Program-made: the position numbers and the translations under genes
Notes under the pieces: generated by a model
What the model was told of the DNA's origin: nothing
The model's database searches: none
What the model saw: the letters and a program-made list of their open reading frames with translations, nothing else
Source: Candidatus Spongiisocius sp.
GTDB taxonomy: Bacteria > Actinomycetota > Acidimicrobiia > Spongiisociales > Spongiisociaceae
Reading direction: 5' to 3'
Assembly (NCBI GenBank): GCA_965203035.1
Contig: OZ241858.1
Location: forward strand, 2,201,437-2,265,436
Length of the DNA: 64,000 nt
In this document: piece by piece, positions 61,327-64,000 of the stretch
Numbering within the stretch: the stretch's first letter is position 1
Layout of the letters: every line of letters starts with the position of its first letter

Positions 61327-63101
61327 TTTTCACCTCCTTGTCCCAGTCGCTCGATCAAGCCGCTGTGTTGTGCTTGGAAGATGGCCTCGTCGTAGTGGCT
61401 CTCCAAGAGGTCGAGCTCTTCGTCGAAGGCCTTCTTCAAGCTCCACAGCATTATCAGGAGCACGAAGAGGAAGGGCAGTCCGGTCGCCACGGCAGCCGTC
61501 TGCAGGGCCGACAGGCCCCCTCCGATCAGCAGAACGATGGCCACCAAGCCTTCCATCAACGCCCAGAACACGCGCTGCGGCTTGGGCGAGTCGAGCTTTC
61601 CGCCCGACGTGAGGTGGTCCACCACGAGTGATCCCGAGTCCGACGAGGTGACGAAGAACGATATCAGCAACAGGATGCCCACTATCGAGACGAAGAAGGT
61701 CCATGGGAAGGCCTCCAGCATCACGAATAGGGCTGTCGCCACGTTCTCGTTTACCGCCGTCGCAACGTCCAGTTCGCCGGTCATCTGCAGATTCATGGCC
61801 GCTCCGCCGAACACCGCGAACCACAGGAAGCACAGCAGGCAGGGAAGGACGATCACACCGATGATCATCTCCCTCACCGAGCGGCCCTTGGAGATCCGGG
61901 CGATGAACATTCCTACGAAGGGCGACCATGAGATCCACCATCCCCAGTAGAAGATGGTCCACCATTGCTGCCACTGCGTGTCGAGCAGGGCTGCGTTCCA
62001 GAAGGAGAACTCCGGCAGGATCTGGATGTAGACACCGATGCTCTCCACGTACAGCGAGAGAACCAGCAGCGTCGGTCCCACCGCCAGCACGAATACCAGG
62101 AAGGCGGCAGCCAGCCACACATTCAGGGCGCTCAGCCTCTTGACTCCGGCGTCCAAGCCGGCCACAACCGAGATGGTGGCCAGCCCCGTGATGCCGGCGA
62201 TCAGCAGTATCTGGGTCAGGAGGGTGTCGGGGAGACCGAAGACCTGATTCAGCCCCGCGGCAGCCTGCGAGGCGCCGAACCCCAGCGAGGTAGCGAGCCC
62301 GAACAGGGTGGCCACCACGGTGAGCACGTCGATCGCATTGCCCCACGCTCCGTAGATCCTCGGACCCAGGATCGGGTAGAACACCGACCGGAATGTCAGT
62401 GGTAGGCCCCGGTTATACGCGAAGAATCCCAGTGCCAGGGCCACCAGACCGTACAGCGCCCATCCATGGATCCCCCAGTGGAGGTAGGAGGTCGCCAGCG
62501 AGGCTCTGGCCGCGCCCGTCGACAAGGGCTCTACATCGAACAGGGGTGGCGGCGCCGTCAGGTGGAAGATCGGCTCTGCCACACCCCAGAACATCAGCCC
62601 GATGCCGAGACCGGCCGAGATCAACATGGCGTACCAGGCAGGGGTGGAGAACTCCGGAAGAGCCGCCGGCCCGCCTAGCCGGATCTTGCCGTACCTGCCC
62701 AACGCGAAGTAGAGCGCGGCGCCGATGAAGACGTTGAACGCGATGATGTAGAGCCAGCCCACCTTCTCGTTGATGAAGCTGAGGATGGCGCTGAACACCC
62801 CGCCCGCCTGATCCGGGAAGATCAGGGTGGCCGCGATGAAGACCAGGAGGAATCCGGCCGCGGAGAACGTCACCTGGGGATGTATGTCGAATCCCCACCG
62901 GATTATGTTCTTGTCACCGGGCTCCCGGTCGGCCACCTCGGGATAGAAGTCGATGTCAGGATCGACCTGAAGGCCCTCGAATCGCGCCCGATGCCGGATG
63001 GCATCATCGCGACGTCGTTCCCGGTCCTTCTCCCAGTCGTCGTAGGCCCCGGAGATGCTGGTGAGGTCAAGGTCCTGGTCGTGGCCTTTGTCGTCAGCCA
63101 T
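61323..63101 (-). CDS. BCCT-family betaine/carnitine/choline transporter
   Basis: BCCT signature (WTIFYWGWWISWSPFVGMFIARISKGRSVREMI). 12 TM. Confidence 0.9.
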   Translation of the reverse strand: MADDKGHDQDLDLTSISGAYDDWEKDRERRRDDAIRHRARFEGLQVDPDIDFYPEVADREPGDKNIIRWGFDIHPQVTFSAAGFLLVFIAATLIFPDQAGGVFSAILSFINEKVGWLYIIAFNVFIGAALYFALGRYGKIRLGGPAALPEFSTPAWYAMLISAGLGIGLMFWGVAEPIFHLTAPPPLFDVEPLSTGAARASLATSYLHWGIHGWALYGLVALALGFFAYNRGLPLTFRSVFYPILGPRIYGAWGNAIDVLTVVATLFGLATSLGFGASQAAAGLNQVFGLPDTLLTQILLIAGITGLATISVVAGLDAGVKRLSALNVWLAAAFLVFVLAVGPTLLVLSLYVESIGVYIQILPEFSFWNAALLDTQWQQWWTIFYWGWWISWSPFVGMFIARISKGRSVREMIIGVIVLPCLLCFLWFAVFGGAAMNLQMTGELDVATAVNENVATALFVMLEAFPWTFFVSIVGILLLISFFVTSSDSGSLVVDHLTSGGKLDSPKPQRVFWALMEGLVAIVLLIGGGLSALQTAAVATGLPFLFVLLIMLWSLKKAFDEELDLLESHYDEAIFQAQHSGLIERLGQGGEK

Positions 63102-63299
63102 GACGACCTCTCCCGATTCTCACGACCATACGAACTCCTTTCAGTCGCCTGGAAGTCCCGGCGCCGTCGCCGGCCCGGAACCTGTGCCTGTTCACTATAT
63201 GTACAAGGCAGTCCGAGCGATCACGGAAACGCGATATTTGTTTCGGTAACTGAGCAGAAAACACAGCTAGCCTTGGCACAGCCCCTACCGGAGACCGCT

Positions 63300-64000
63300 G
63301 TGCGACGCACCCTGATCGCCTGTTCGCTGTCGGCCGTGGTGCTGCTGGCCGTGGGGGCGGTGGTCCCCGCTTCGGGTCAGCCGGAGGAAGAACCCGCCGA
63401 GCCGAAGACCGTGCGGATAGCCCGGGCCACCTGGGACACCGGCTGGTTCCAGGCCGAGGTGTACCGGCTCCTGCTGCTGCGCCTGGGGTATCGCGTGGAT
63501 GGTCCGGTCACCATGGAGAACCCGGACTTCTATCGCGCGGTGGCAGCGGGCGAGGTCGATCTCTGGGCGAACGGATGGTTCCCGACCCATGACGGCCTCA
63601 TCGAAGAGGAACTCGTGGAGGCGGTCGGCACGCAGGTCGACGCGGGGGCGCTCCAGGGCTACTTCGTCGACGCGGCCACGGCCGGGGCTCACGGCATAAC
63701 CAACCTCGGAGATCTGGCCGATCCCGAAGTAGCCGCGCTGTTCGACCGCGACGGCGACGGGCGAGCCGACCTGATCGGCTGCGAGACCGGGTGGACCTGC
63801 TCCCATGTCATCGAACACCATCTAGACGTGTTCGGACTGGCCGCCACCGTGGAGCAGGTACAGGGGGACTACTCGCCGCTGATAGCGGATACCATCGCCC
63901 GTTTCGAGGCCGGACAGCCGGTCCTCTACTACACGTGGACTCCGAACTGGACCGTCGGCGAGCTGGTTCCCGGTCGTGACGTGGTGTGGCTGGAGACACC
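63300..64000 (+). CDS. Second glycine betaine-binding protein paralogue. The 3' end runs off the window.
   Basis: GTG start, signal peptide, and LWANGWFPTHDG. Paralogous to the 60388..61326 product. Not in the ORF track because it has no ATG start and no stop before the window end. Confidence 0.7.
   Translation, partial: MRRTLIACSLSAVVLLAVGAVVPASGQPEEEPAEPKTVRIARATWDTGWFQAEVYRLLLLRLGYRVDGPVTMENPDFYRAVAAGEVDLWANGWFPTHDGLIEEELVEAVGTQVDAGALQGYFVDAATAGAHGITNLGDLADPEVAALFDRDGDGRADLIGCETGWTCSHVIEHHLDVFGLAATVEQVQGDYSPLIADTIARFEAGQPVLYYTWTPNWTVGELVPGRDVVWLET

Overview
This is a high-GC (~68%) chromosomal core region of an actinobacterial-type genome, gene-dense with conserved synteny and many start/stop overlaps (ATGA/GTGA). 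Gene order left to right: an ECF-type transporter module (S, T, A, A') plus a separate ABC ATPase (minus strand); comEA-comEC-SDR-holA / rpsT; hrcA-dnaJ; phoH, a 7TM-HD hydrolase, ybeY, a CBS/CorC protein and era; an aspartase/fumarase-family lyase; sufU-sufS-sufC (minus strand, without sufB/D); a beta-propeller lipoprotein; a three-gene small-protein operon with a double zinc-ribbon protein; lpd, a lipoyl-E2 and an apparent LipB-LipA fusion; acs; fabI; a ~570-bp lower-GC non-coding island; ccdA; a secreted SLH-like/DUF1524/Excalibur putative nuclease; an amidohydrolase; tRNA-fMet; a nitroreductase; a bulb-lectin-L,D-transpeptidase fusion; trpE-ygfZ-trpC-trpF-trpB-trpA; lepA; tRNA-Leu(CAA); polA-rpsA-coaE; an agmatinase-family gene; uvrB-uvrA; a VapBC-type TA pair; a SAM methyltransferase; and a BCCT betaine transporter flanked by two paralogous betaine-binding proteins. 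The most unusual signal is a recurring family of AT-rich intergenic elements built from tandem heptamers (TAGTTGN and CAGTGGC/CACTGAC; consensus about YAGTKGN). In each element a direct array is followed, after a short loop, by inverted copies, giving long imperfect hairpins. Elements A-C sit exactly at gene 3' ends (A and B at convergent gene junctions), with the stop codons of five ORFs embedded in the heptamers; element D lies between tRNA-Leu and polA. Other points worth a second look: a 162-bp element bounded by perfect 14-bp inverted repeats; a possible 30-aa hydrophobic peptide ORF; a minus-strand intrinsic terminator in the fabI-ccdA non-coding island with no gene to terminate; and several unusual domain fusions. 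The six-frame track is dominated by spurious antisense and alternative-frame ORFs, as expected at this GC content.
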